Counted from the first letter of the stretch, positions 17,244 to 26,313 are shown. The stretch: DNA of 33,060 nt from Candidatus Magasanikiibacteriota bacterium (GCA_041674805.1 JBAYVA010000002.1:149234-182293), one strand, 5' to 3'. Notes: a model not told the origin generated them from the sequence alone. A program made the numbers and translations.

Positions 17244-17279
17244 AAAAACACTCTCGATTTGGTCGGGAGTGTTTTTTTA
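17244..17279. terminator. bidirectional intrinsic terminator between tsf and the convergent hypothetical gene
   Basis: Hairpin acactctcg-atttggt-cgggagtgt (17248-17272), flanked by an A-run and a T7 run. Confidence 0.75.
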
Positions 17280-17289
17280 TAAATTTATA

Positions 17290-17994
17290 TTATTTTTCTT
17301 CACTAATTTTTTTCAATTTTTCATACATTGAATTCTTGAATGCTCTTGCTTCTTCTCTTAATTCATCCATTCTTTTTGCATCTTTCTGTCTAATTGCTTC
17401 ATTCATTTTATATACAAGTTCATTTTGTTGGCGTATCTCTTCAGGACAATACTCTTCCATCATCAAATATAATTCTCGTGGATATCTTGGGTGTTGGGAA
17501 TATAATTCCTTAATGGTTGGTACAGGTGTGATATATTTCCAAGGGTCATCTAAACTTTTGTCTGGTTTCATTACCTTCAAAAATTGGGGAAAATCACCAA
17601 AAAAATAAGTGAGTGTTACTTTAAGTCTTTCTAACTTTGTGGTGTATATTTCGTAAACGGATATTCCCTGTTCTATTTTCCAAGAATAAGACTTTTCAAC
17701 CATATTTGGTGTATTAATATCCTCTTCATCCAAAATTTCAAATCCCTTTTTTTCAAATTCAATAAGAATTGTTGAAGAGATTTCATTTTTTCGCTTTTGA
17801 GTCATAGAACTATCTTTGACTATCATAGTTATGACACTTGGATCATTTTGTTGTTGTACAATTTCTACTTCATCAGGCCATTTGTCTTTATATTTTTCAA
17901 CTACATCTTTTACTGCTTCTGATACAGGATCTTTCTTTACATCAAGTTTTTTCATGTCACCTCTTATTGGGTCACCTTTTGCTCCTCTTTCCAT
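17290..17994 (-). CDS. hypothetical protein
   Basis: 234-aa ORF that is charged and Lys/Glu-rich at both ends, with no TM helix and no recognisable motif. An alternative start is at 17955. Confidence 0.5.
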   Translation of the reverse strand: MERGAKGDPIRGDMKKLDVKKDPVSEAVKDVVEKYKDKWPDEVEIVQQQNDPSVITMIVKDSSMTQKRKNEISSTILIEFEKKGFEILDEEDINTPNMVEKSYSWKIEQGISVYEIYTTKLERLKVTLTYFFGDFPQFLKVMKPDKSLDDPWKYITPVPTIKELYSQHPRYPRELYLMMEEYCPEEIRQQNELVYKMNEAIRQKDAKRMDELREEARAFKNSMYEKLKKISEEK

Positions 17995-18149
17995 ATTTGT
18001 ATGTGATTAAGAATAAATATTTCAATTATTTTTATTATACCAAAAAATTCACAAAATTATCAAATACTCACTGACCTTATTGAATAGGTTTTTATTTATA
18101 ATATAAACTTGACAATATAGTATAATTATGGCACAATATAATCAAGAAA

Positions 18150-18199
18150 AGGCTTTTGGCCGTGGTTTATAAACCACAATCTGGTCGAAATGTCTTTTT
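18150..18199 (-). terminator. possible terminator / structured region after the 140-aa gene
   Basis: Perfect hairpin gtggtt-tata-aaccac (18162-18177). In minus sense it is followed by the ggc-caaaa-gcc hairpin and ttttctt. Confidence 0.35.
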
Positions 18200-18622
18200 T
18201 TATTTATCTAGAGGGAATATTGAAATAAGCCACTTTTGTCCATTTTTCTTTTCTTCTTTAATTTGCACGAAAAAAACTTCATCTTCAGGTGTAGAACCCA
18301 TAAAACGATGTAATATCTCACTTTTTTTATTAGGATTTTCTTTGGAAGTGGGTGAATATTTACTATTTTCAATTAGTTCGATAGCGCAAGAAAAATATTT
18401 TAATCTTCTAGTCTTGTCTCTGATATTAGCTTTTTCGTATAAATGATTCCAAAATAATTCTAAAAATATTTTTTCTTTTTTAAAATACGCTGACCTTACA
18501 TAAGGTCGGCGTTTTGTTTTATTTTTAATTTTTTTATACTGTTCAAGCCCATTTTCTATTACTTGATACCAATGAGTACCTGGTAATTTTTTAGTTTTAG
18601 TTTTATATATCTGTACTTGCAT
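18200..18622 (-). CDS. hypothetical basic protein
   Basis: 140-aa Lys/Arg-rich ORF with no TM helix and no motif I can name. Confidence 0.5.
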   Translation of the reverse strand: MQVQIYKTKTKKLPGTHWYQVIENGLEQYKKIKNKTKRRPYVRSAYFKKEKIFLELFWNHLYEKANIRDKTRRLKYFSCAIELIENSKYSPTSKENPNKKSEILHRFMGSTPEDEVFFVQIKEEKKNGQKWLISIFPLDK

Positions 18623-18825
18623 AGTTAATATGTTTTATTATCTCACTATCAAAATCAACTTGTTATACGTATTTTCTAAAATAATCACTTAAAGACAATA
18701 TATTTTTGCATACATTACAGGAATCTTTCTATAAAATTACACTAATTATAATGTTTTTTTCTGAACATAGCAAATAACTTTTAACTTTACAAACTTTCAA
18801 CTTAGTTATCACACTCTTCCCCAAA

Positions 18826-18854
18826 TTGACAAAATCCATCATTTATCATATAAT
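18826..18854 (+). promoter_or_regulatory. consensus sigma70 promoter for ftsH
   Basis: Perfect TTGACA (18826-18831), 17 nt, then perfect TATAAT (18849-18854). Confidence 0.7.
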
Positions 18855-18897
18855 CTAACCTACTAATATCCGCGTAAATCTGCTTAAAAATCAGAAA

Positions 18898-20784
18898 ATG
18901 TCCGCGTTTAATCATAAATCTATGAAAAGCTTATTAAAAAATTTTATTATAGTATTTGCTGTCTTGCTTGTCTTGACAACTTTGCTAAGTACAGCTAATT
19001 TTTCTTCTAGTAAAAAACCAGAAGTAGCCAATATAAATAATTTGGTACAGAATATCAATTCTGATGGTGTAAAAAGTATTGAAGTCCGTGGCGACTATCT
19101 TTTTGTTACTTTAAAAGATGAAAATGCTGCTCAAATGGAAATAAAAAAAGAAATGGGTCAATCTTTTTCTGAATTGATGACTAATTATGGTGTTGCCCCT
19201 GAAAAACTATCTCAAATAGATGTGTCTGTTCAAGATGAAACAGGTTGGAAATTTTGGGTTAGTATCATAGCTCCTTGGATTGTACCTATACTTTTATTTG
19301 TAGTTTTGATTTATTTTTTTGGTCGTCAAGTCAAAGGTGCCAATAACAAAGCAATGGGTTTTGGTCAAAGTAGTGCTAAAGAAGCTAAATCAGATAGTAA
19401 AGATAAAAAAACTTTTAAAGATGTAGCTGGTGCCAAAGAAGCCAAAGAAGAGCTGATGGAAATAGTAGATTTCCTCAAAAATCCAAAAAGATTTACTGAT
19501 ATGGGCGCCAAGATTCCAAAAGGCTTACTTTTGATGGGTTCACCTGGAACTGGTAAAACGCTTTTAGCTAAGTCTATTGCTGGTGAAGCTGGTGTACCAT
19601 TTTTTCACATCTCTGGTTCTGAATTCGTCGAGATGTTCGTCGGTGTTGGTGCGTCTCGTGTCCGTGATTTATTCAACAAAGCTAAGAAAGTTGCTCCGGC
19701 CATTATTTTTATCGACGAAATTGATGCTGTTGGTCGCAAACGTGGTTCTGGTCTTGGTGGAAGTCATGATGAAAGAGAACAAACTCTCAATCAAATTTTA
19801 GTTGAAATGGACGGTTTTGATCCAAATCTTGGTGTTATTGTCGTCGCTGCTACCAATAGACCAGATGTCCTTGATCCTGCTTTACTTCGTCCAGGACGTT
19901 TTGATCGTCGTATTGTAATAGATTTACCAGATATCAATGACAGAGAAGAAATTCTGATAGTTCATGCCAAAAACAAACCTTTGGTCAAAGAAGTTTCACT
20001 TCGTAAAATTGCTGAGCGTACTCCTGGTTTTTCTGGAGCTGATCTTGCTAACTTGCTAAACGAAGCTGCTATAATGGCTGTTAGAGAAAATAAAAAACAA
20101 ATTGAAGAAGTGGATGTTTTGGAAAGTATTGAAAAAGTTTTGATAGGACCTCAAAAGAAAAGTCGTGTCATGACTACCAAAGACAAAGAAATGACTGCTT
20201 ATCATGAAGCTGGTCATGCTATTGTCGGACACTTTTTACCACATTGTGATCGTGTGCGTAAAGTTTCTATTATTGGTCGTGGTATGGCTGGTGGTTATAC
20301 ACTTTCGATGCCAGACAAAGATGTTCACTATAATACTATGGCGAAATTCAATAATGATTTGGCTATGATGCTTGGTGGTTATGTCACTGAAAAACTTGTT
20401 TATGGTGATGATATGTTGTCTACTGGTCCATCTAGTGATTTGAAAAAAGCAACTTCAGTTGCTCGTTCAATGGTACTTCGTTATGGTATGAGTGAAAAAC
20501 TAGGACCTCGCCAATATGCTGAAAATGAAGAAATGATTTTCTTGGCTCAAGAAATTCATGATAAGAAAAATTATAGTGAGAAAAAAGCAGAAATGATTGA
20601 TGAAGAAATTGATAGTATTTTAGCTGAAGCTAAGAAAACTGCTGAAAAAATTGTTATGCAATATCGTCCTCAAATGGATAAACTTGTTGAAGTTCTTATC
20701 AAAGAAGAGACTGTGGAAGAAGAAAAATTTGTCGAAATCGTCGGTAAAGGTGTGCATCACGATGAGGAAGCAAAGGCTAGTTAA
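18898..20784 (+). CDS. ftsH: ATP-dependent zinc metalloprotease FtsH
   Basis: Contains Walker A GSPGTGKT, Walker [10 protein letters not shown], the SRH segment [20 protein letters not shown], and the zinc motif HEAGHA. An alternative start is at 18922 (MKSLLKNF). Confidence 0.97.
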   Translation: MSAFNHKSMKSLLKNFIIVFAVLLVLTTLLSTANFSSSKKPEVANINNLVQNINSDGVKSIEVRGDYLFVTLKDENAAQMEIKKEMGQSFSELMTNYGVAPEKLSQIDVSVQDETGWKFWVSIIAPWIVPILLFVVLIYFFGRQVKGANNKAMGFGQSSAKEAKSDSKDKKTFKDVAGAKEAKEELMEIVDFLKNPKRFTDMGAKIPKGLLLMGSPGTGKTLLAKSIAGEAGVPFFHISGSEFVEMFVGVGASRVRDLFNKAKKVAPAIIFIDEIDAVGRKRGSGLGGSHDEREQTLNQILVEMDGFDPNLGVIVVAATNRPDVLDPALLRPGRFDRRIVIDLPDINDREEILIVHAKNKPLVKEVSLRKIAERTPGFSGADLANLLNEAAIMAVRENKKQIEEVDVLESIEKVLIGPQKKSRVMTTKDKEMTAYHEAGHAIVGHFLPHCDRVRKVSIIGRGMAGGYTLSMPDKDVHYNTMAKFNNDLAMMLGGYVTEKLVYGDDMLSTGPSSDLKKATSVARSMVLRYGMSEKLGPRQYAENEEMIFLAQEIHDKKNYSEKKAEMIDEEIDSILAEAKKTAEKIVMQYRPQMDKLVEVLIKEETVEEEKFVEIVGKGVHHDEEAKAS

Positions 20785-20860
20785 GTATTTAATTATACAG
20801 AAAACAAACATATTAAATTTTACTTTTTGAGTTAATAAAATTATTGGAAGGCTAGGTGGG

Positions 20861-20896
20861 CGCCCTTTTAAGCCTTTTAGGCTTTTCAAGCCTTCT
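20861..20896 (+). repeat. 9-nt word array (3 clear and 1 degenerate copy) in the leader of the CNNM gene
   Basis: Reads cgccctttt|aagcctttt|aggcttttc|aagccttct, then tgct and the ATG at 20901. Confidence 0.75.
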
Positions 20897-20900
20897 TGCT

Positions 20901-21905
20901 ATGAACTACATTATAATTATAATTTCCATTTTACTTTCTGCCTTTTTTTCTGGTATAACTATCGGTTTTTTAGGTCTCAAAAAAACAGAGTTACAAAGCA
21001 AAATAAAAGCAGGAAATAAGAGAGTTGCCAAGATTTATGAAGTAAGAAAAAATGGTAATTTGCTTTTGATTACCTTGCTCTTTGGTAATGTATTAGTGAA
21101 TTCAATAGTTTCTGTCTATTTGAATTCGATGTTTTCTGGTTTAATTGCTATAGTATTGTCTACTGCTTTGATAGTTTTGTTTGGTGAAATTGTTCCACAA
21201 GCTATTTTTTATCGTCATGCTTTGAAACTTGGTTATCATTTGGTACCTTTGGTCAAAATATTTATTTTTGTTTTTTATCCTGTTGCTTGGCCTTTGTCAA
21301 AAATGCTTGATCTTATTTTAGGTGAAGAAGAAGAAAATATTTGGTCTAAGCGTGAAATGAAAGAAATAATAAAAATTCATGAAGATTCAGAAGATTCAGA
21401 AATTGATAGAGATGAAGAAAAAATATTGTTAGGGGCTCTTTCTTTTTCAGATAAAAGTGTAAAAGAAATAATGACTCCAAAAAATGTGGTTTTTTCACTC
21501 GAAGAATCTGAAAAGCTAGATGAAAATGTTTTGAACGAAATAAAATATTCGGGATTTTCTCGTATCCCTGTGTATAGACAAGAAAAAGATAATATCGTGG
21601 CAGTACTTAACGTGAAATCTCTTATAAATTTACCAACAAATAAAAAAGTGTCAGATGTTCATTTGGAAGAAAAAATATTTGAAATAGATGAAGACACTAA
21701 ATTGGATGTCTTGCTCAATATGTTCATTCAAAGAAAAAGCCATATTGCTTATGTAGTAGATGAATACAAAACATTTTTGGGAGTAGTCACTATGGAAGAT
21801 TTGCTTGAAGAAATTTTGAAAACAGAGATAGTAGATGAGACAGATAGGTATAGAGATATGAGACAGTATTCTAGAAGTTTGCAGAGTAGAAGAAAGAAAA
21901 AATAG
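20901..21905 (+). CDS. CNNM/DUF21-CBS family transporter (HlyC/CorC-type, without the C-terminal CorC domain)
   Basis: The N-terminal DUF21 membrane domain (LLSAFFSG, FGEIVPQA) is followed by a CBS pair. The ATG at 20901 is preferred because the GTG at 20856 would translate the repeat array. Confidence 0.82.
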   Translation: MNYIIIIISILLSAFFSGITIGFLGLKKTELQSKIKAGNKRVAKIYEVRKNGNLLLITLLFGNVLVNSIVSVYLNSMFSGLIAIVLSTALIVLFGEIVPQAIFYRHALKLGYHLVPLVKIFIFVFYPVAWPLSKMLDLILGEEEENIWSKREMKEIIKIHEDSEDSEIDRDEEKILLGALSFSDKSVKEIMTPKNVVFSLEESEKLDENVLNEIKYSGFSRIPVYRQEKDNIVAVLNVKSLINLPTNKKVSDVHLEEKIFEIDEDTKLDVLLNMFIQRKSHIAYVVDEYKTFLGVVTMEDLLEEILKTEIVDETDRYRDMRQYSRSLQSRRKKK

Positions 21906-21909
21906 ATAC

Positions 21910-21943
21910 AAAAATAATTCTAAATATAGAATTATTTTTTTTA
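21910..21943 (+). terminator. intrinsic terminator after the CNNM gene
   Basis: AT-rich 9-bp stem aataattct-aaatat-agaattatt (21913-21936) followed by a T-run. Confidence 0.5.
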
Positions 21944-21954
21944 TAGAAAAAATA

Positions 21955-21983
21955 TTGTTTACAAAAAGATTATATGTTATAAT
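21955..21983 (+). promoter_or_regulatory. promoter candidate for the 22029-25926 operon
   Basis: TTGTTT, a 17-nt spacer, then an extended -10 TGTTATAAT (TATAAT at 21978-21983). Confidence 0.55.
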
Positions 21984-22028
21984 ATAGAAAGAAAGTTATC
22001 ATCTTTTATTTTTTATAATATATATAAT

Positions 22029-23015
22029 ATGAGAGAACCAAATTATCGTGAAGCTTTGTCCAAAGGTTGGCATTTGGCTTGGCACAACAAATCCTTGTGG
22101 GTATTTGGTTTATTTGCTGCTTTTTTGGGACAAATGGGAATTTTTGAATATGTTTTGCAAGCTTTTATTAGTGCTGAAAAAATTCAATCTCCATCTGTTT
22201 GGTTTTATGTCAAAAACATGTTGGTAGGTTTCAACTTTGGTGATTTTATCAATTTGTTTCATACTAGTTTGGACAAACAAATTTGGTTAGTTTGGTTGAT
22301 TATTATTTTATTGGCAGCTTTTAGTGCTTTTATTTTTGTTTCTGTAGTTTCTCAAGGAGCAATTGTACATAACACAGCTCAGTCTCTTGGTTTGCTAAAA
22401 ATAAAATTGGTAGAGACTGATGAATCTTGGCATGAAAGTCGTCGTCATTTTTGGAAATTGTTGTTTTTGAATATTTTTAAAAAACTTTTTACTTTGTTGT
22501 TTTTATCATTTATTGTTTGGGGAATTTGGAACGTAAGTTTGGAAGCTAGTATGTCTAGTATGTTGTTATTTTTAGTCATATTTCTTTTGGCTAGTATCGT
22601 TGGTATGATTTTGTCTTTGTGGCTTATCTATGCTGTTTCCTATGTAGTGATTGAAGATGAAAAATTGTGGGTAGCGATGCGCAAAGCTTGGCGTCTTTTT
22701 ACCAAGCACTGGTTTGTTTCTTTGGAAATTGGATTTATTTTTATTATTTTAAATATTTTCTTGGCTTTGCTTATTTTGGCAGGTCTTTATATTTTGTTTT
22801 TGCCTAGTTTGTTCTTTTGGACAATGTTGGCTCTTACGGGCAACATTACTTTTTATGCTTTAGGTTTGGTACTTGGTTTTATTTTGTTTTCTTTGTATGT
22901 GATGTTGCTTGGTTCAATTTTTGTAGTCTTTAGCACTTCTACTTGGACTTATTTATTTATCAAAATGCATAAAACAGGTTTGAAAAGTCATTTAGTAAAA
23001 TTATTTCATAGTTAA
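22029..23015 (+). CDS. hypothetical polytopic membrane protein
   Basis: 328 aa with about 6-7 TM helices. It ends 5 nt before the pilB-like gene. No family assigned with confidence. Confidence 0.6.
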   Translation: MREPNYREALSKGWHLAWHNKSLWVFGLFAAFLGQMGIFEYVLQAFISAEKIQSPSVWFYVKNMLVGFNFGDFINLFHTSLDKQIWLVWLIIILLAAFSAFIFVSVVSQGAIVHNTAQSLGLLKIKLVETDESWHESRRHFWKLLFLNIFKKLFTLLFLSFIVWGIWNVSLEASMSSMLLFLVIFLLASIVGMILSLWLIYAVSYVVIEDEKLWVAMRKAWRLFTKHWFVSLEIGFIFIILNIFLALLILAGLYILFLPSLFFWTMLALTGNITFYALGLVLGFILFSLYVMLLGSIFVVFSTSTWTYLFIKMHKTGLKSHLVKLFHS

Positions 23016-23020
23016 TTATT

Positions 23021-24745
23021 ATGACAAACGGCTTTGGTTCAATTTCAGATTTAATGAGTAAACGAAGTGGTTTAAAAAAACCATCTGTTGGTGCAAAGGT
23101 AGTAGAGGAAAAATTTGAAAATAAAATGGAAGATATCAAAAAAAAGGAATTGGAAACAATAGCCCAGAATTTTGCGTATAGAACAGGGTTCCCTCATATC
23201 AATTTGGCTAGTTTTCCTATTACCCAAGAAGCTCTAAAACAAATATCAAAAGAACAGGCTGAAAGTTTGGAAGTGATTTGTTTTTATGTAAGTCCTGATG
23301 AGTTTCGTCTTGGTGCTTTGGATCCTACGAGAGAGGATGTCCAAAATTTATTGGAAGAAATGATCAAGAAAAAATATAGTAATGGTGCTTTATATGTAAT
23401 TTCTGAAATAAGTTTGAACAGAGTTTTGCATCTTTATGATACTTTGCCAAATTTGAAACCAATTACCAAAGATTTAGAAATAAAATTTTCTGATTTAGAA
23501 AAGGTCCAAGCAAATATCAATGATTTTTCTAGTATCCAAAAGTTAATTGATGAAAGCAACGTCACTAATTTGGTAACAATTGTTTTGGGTGCTGCTTTGA
23601 AAGTAGATTCTTCTGATGTTCATATTGAAGTAGAACAAAATAGAGTAGTTTTGCGTTTTCGTTTGGATGGTATTTTGCAAGATATCGCTGTCATTTCAAA
23701 AGATGTTTTTCAAAAACTCATTTCTCGTATCAAACTTGTTTCTTCTTTGAAAATAAATATCAATAACAAACCTCAAGATGGACGTTTTACAATACATTTA
23801 CCAGATTATGATGTAGATGTGCGTGTATCTACTATTCCAACAGTATTTGGTGAAAGTGTGGTAATGCGTCTTTTGGTACAAAAACAAGAAGGTATAAAAT
23901 TGGAAAGCCTTGGTTTGTCAGAGCGTGATTTCAAAGTGCTTAATGAAGAAATTCAAAGACCAAATGGCATGATAATTACTACGGGTCCTACTGGAAGTGG
24001 TAAAACTACTACGCTTTATGCTGTCTTACAAATTTTGAATAAGCCAGGTGTAAAAATTATTACTTTGGAAGATCCAGTAGAATATCGTGTAGAAGGTATC
24101 AATCAAAGTCAAATAGACCATAGTAAAAATTATGATTTTGCCACTGGTTTGCGTTCTATTTTGCGTCAAGATCCAGATATTGTGATGGTAGGTGAAATTC
24201 GTGATGCTGAGACTGCTGAAATTTCGGTACAATCAGCTTTGACTGGTCATTTGATGCTTTCAACTTTGCATACCAATAGTTCTTTTGGTGCTATACCTAG
24301 ATTTTTGTCTATGGCCACTCAGCCATTTTTGTTGGCACCAGCTTTGAATTGTGTAATAGGTCAGCGTCTAGTACGTAGAGTTTGTGCAGATTGTGCGACA
24401 AAAATTTCTTTCAATGATTTTGATGATCATACAAAAAAAAGATTAATAGAACAATTGGGAAAAATGCCAGATATTCTGAAGTTTGATGTACAAAATACTA
24501 CTTTTTTCAAAGCTAATGGTTGTGAAAAATGTAATCATCTTGGTTATAAAGGACGTATTGGTATTTATGAAATTTTTGTAGTTAACAAAGAAATAGAAAA
24601 CTCAATTTTGTCAGGTCATATTTCAGAAAATATAATAGAAGATTTGGCACGTTCACAAGAAATGACCACTATGGTACAAGATGGTATTTTGAAATCAGTA
24701 GAAGGTATTACAACGGTGGACGAAGTTTTTAGAGTTATTGACTAA
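23021..24745 (+). CDS. pilB: GspE/PilB-family secretion ATPase (type IV pilus assembly ATPase-like)
   Basis: Has an N-terminal T2SSE_N-like domain, Walker A GPTGSGKTTT, Asp/His boxes (LRQDPDIVMVGEIRD, GHLMLSTLHTN) and a tetracysteine motif (CADC...CEKC). Confidence 0.9.
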   Translation: MTNGFGSISDLMSKRSGLKKPSVGAKVVEEKFENKMEDIKKKELETIAQNFAYRTGFPHINLASFPITQEALKQISKEQAESLEVICFYVSPDEFRLGALDPTREDVQNLLEEMIKKKYSNGALYVISEISLNRVLHLYDTLPNLKPITKDLEIKFSDLEKVQANINDFSSIQKLIDESNVTNLVTIVLGAALKVDSSDVHIEVEQNRVVLRFRLDGILQDIAVISKDVFQKLISRIKLVSSLKININNKPQDGRFTIHLPDYDVDVRVSTIPTVFGESVVMRLLVQKQEGIKLESLGLSERDFKVLNEEIQRPNGMIITTGPTGSGKTTTLYAVLQILNKPGVKIITLEDPVEYRVEGINQSQIDHSKNYDFATGLRSILRQDPDIVMVGEIRDAETAEISVQSALTGHLMLSTLHTNSSFGAIPRFLSMATQPFLLAPALNCVIGQRLVRRVCADCATKISFNDFDDHTKKRLIEQLGKMPDILKFDVQNTTFFKANGCEKCNHLGYKGRIGIYEIFVVNKEIENSILSGHISENIIEDLARSQEMTTMVQDGILKSVEGITTVDEVFRVID

Positions 24746-24783
24746 ATATAATATTATAAAAATAATAAATAACATATAAAAAT

Positions 24784-25926
24784 ATGGTTAGTATTCAAAC
24801 AAATGGTGTTCCTAGTAGTGAACAACCAGTACGTTTTTACAAATTTGTCGCTCTGACTTTTCTTATTATAACTATTTTTCTTTTGGGTCTCATCATTGTT
24901 ATATCTTCTAAAAAAGCTCAAATAACTATAATTACAAAATCAGAACCTGTAGAAATAAATACTACAGTTAGTATTGATCCCAAATCTGAAGAAACAATTG
25001 TACCTGGTTTTGTGACTTCTACTTTGGTAGAAATGTCAAAATCATTTAGTCCAAATGGCAACAAAAAAGAAGATGATTTTGCAATAGGAGAAGTGACTAT
25101 TTTTAATGAAACTACAGCAGCACAACCATTGGTAGTAAAAACTAGACTTTTGACACCAGAAGGAAATTTATTTCGTTTGGTTGAAGGTGTGGTTGTACCA
25201 GCCAGTGGTCAAATCACTGCCAAAGTAATTGCTGATGTAAAAGGCGAGAGTGGTAATATCTCTCCAAGTACTTTTACTATTCCTGGTTTGAATGAAACAA
25301 AACAAAAAGTGATTTATGCCAAAAGTGATGTAGCTATGACTGGTGGTATAAAAACGATTGGTGTATTTACACAAGAAGATTTGACTTTGGCTGAACAAAG
25401 TTTACTTATGGAAATAAAAAATAAAGGCGCTGAAACTTTGAGTAATGTAATTACTGACAAAAAAGGTTTGTTTGAAGTAGTACAATATAATTTTGAAAAT
25501 GATGGTGAATTTGGTAAAGAAATGAGTAGTTTTCAAGTTAGAGCCAAAGCAACTGTAGTTGGTGTTTTTTATGAAGAAGAAAAATTGAAAACTTATGCTA
25601 AAGATATGTTACAAAAACATATTGTAGATAATAGTGAAATATTGCAATCAGCTGATGAAAATCCAAATGTTATTTTGAGTCAATATAATTTGGAAGAAGG
25701 TACTGCCAAAATTACAGTTACTAATTCTGGCTTGGTAGATCTTGATCCAAATAGTAGAGATTTACAAAAATTGATGTTTTTTGGTAAAACAGAAGATGAA
25801 GTCAGACGTTATGTTATGTCACTTGATCATGTGACTGGAGTAGAAATGAATTTCAAACCAGTCTGGACAAGAGAAGTGCCAGCAGTCAGTAATCGTGTAG
25901 AAATTATTATAAGACAAGTGCAGTAA
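24784..25926 (+). CDS. hypothetical N-terminally membrane-anchored protein (adjacent to pilB)
   Basis: 380 aa with one N-terminal TM helix (FVALTFLIITIFLLGLIIVI) and then a beta-rich domain. A vague resemblance to baseplate-J-like segments is unverified. Confidence 0.55.
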   Translation: MVSIQTNGVPSSEQPVRFYKFVALTFLIITIFLLGLIIVISSKKAQITIITKSEPVEINTTVSIDPKSEETIVPGFVTSTLVEMSKSFSPNGNKKEDDFAIGEVTIFNETTAAQPLVVKTRLLTPEGNLFRLVEGVVVPASGQITAKVIADVKGESGNISPSTFTIPGLNETKQKVIYAKSDVAMTGGIKTIGVFTQEDLTLAEQSLLMEIKNKGAETLSNVITDKKGLFEVVQYNFENDGEFGKEMSSFQVRAKATVVGVFYEEEKLKTYAKDMLQKHIVDNSEILQSADENPNVILSQYNLEEGTAKITVTNSGLVDLDPNSRDLQKLMFFGKTEDEVRRYVMSLDHVTGVEMNFKPVWTREVPAVSNRVEIIIRQVQ

Positions 25927-25929
25927 AAT

Positions 25930-25958
25930 TTGACAAGATTTTATAAATAAGTTAAGCT
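25930..25958 (+). promoter_or_regulatory. promoter candidate for the thrS leader
   Basis: Perfect TTGACA (25930-25935), a 17-nt spacer, then TAAGCT. Confidence 0.45.
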
Positions 25959-25964
25959 AATAGT

Positions 25965-26185
25965 AGTTGAGTTAGAAATAGCCCAGTAGAAACTTTATTC
26001 ATCAGGGAGAGAAAGCCTTAGACTGCAAGCTTTCTTGGATAAAAGACTATATGGTACCACTCTAGCGTGCTTGTGCGAAAAAAATAAAAAGTAAAAATTG
26101 CGGGTGGAACCGCCTGAAAATAATATTTCCGGCCCCGATAAATAAATTTGACTGTGTGTTAAGTTTGTTTATCGGGGTTTTTTGT
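25965..26185 (+). promoter_or_regulatory. T-box leader riboswitch, Thr (ACC) specifier, with intrinsic terminator
   Basis: Stem I region with an AGAGA element. The specifier-loop context atggtACCActctagcg (ACC at 26056-26058, followed by a purine) parallels the glyQS GAAGGCACUUCGAGC context. The T-box sequence is aaattgcgggTGGAaccgcc (26095-26113). The terminator is ccccgataaa...tttatcgggg (26133-26177) plus a T-run. It lies upstream of thrS. Confidence 0.8.
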
Positions 26186-26313
26186 TTAATTTAGAAATTT
26201 TAGAATTTTAAATTTTAAAACAATGTATAAATGTTTCAATTTTAAAATTAAAACATTTAAAAATTGAAAATTGTTTCGAAATTTAAAATTACTAAATTTA
26301 AAATTTTAATTGT
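26186..26313 (+). repeat. 128-nt almost pure A/T spacer made of AAATTTTA-type 8-mers
   Basis: Reads tttagaaattttagaattttaaattttaaaa...aaatttaaaattttaattgt, lying between the T-box terminator and the thrS ATG. Confidence 0.7.
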
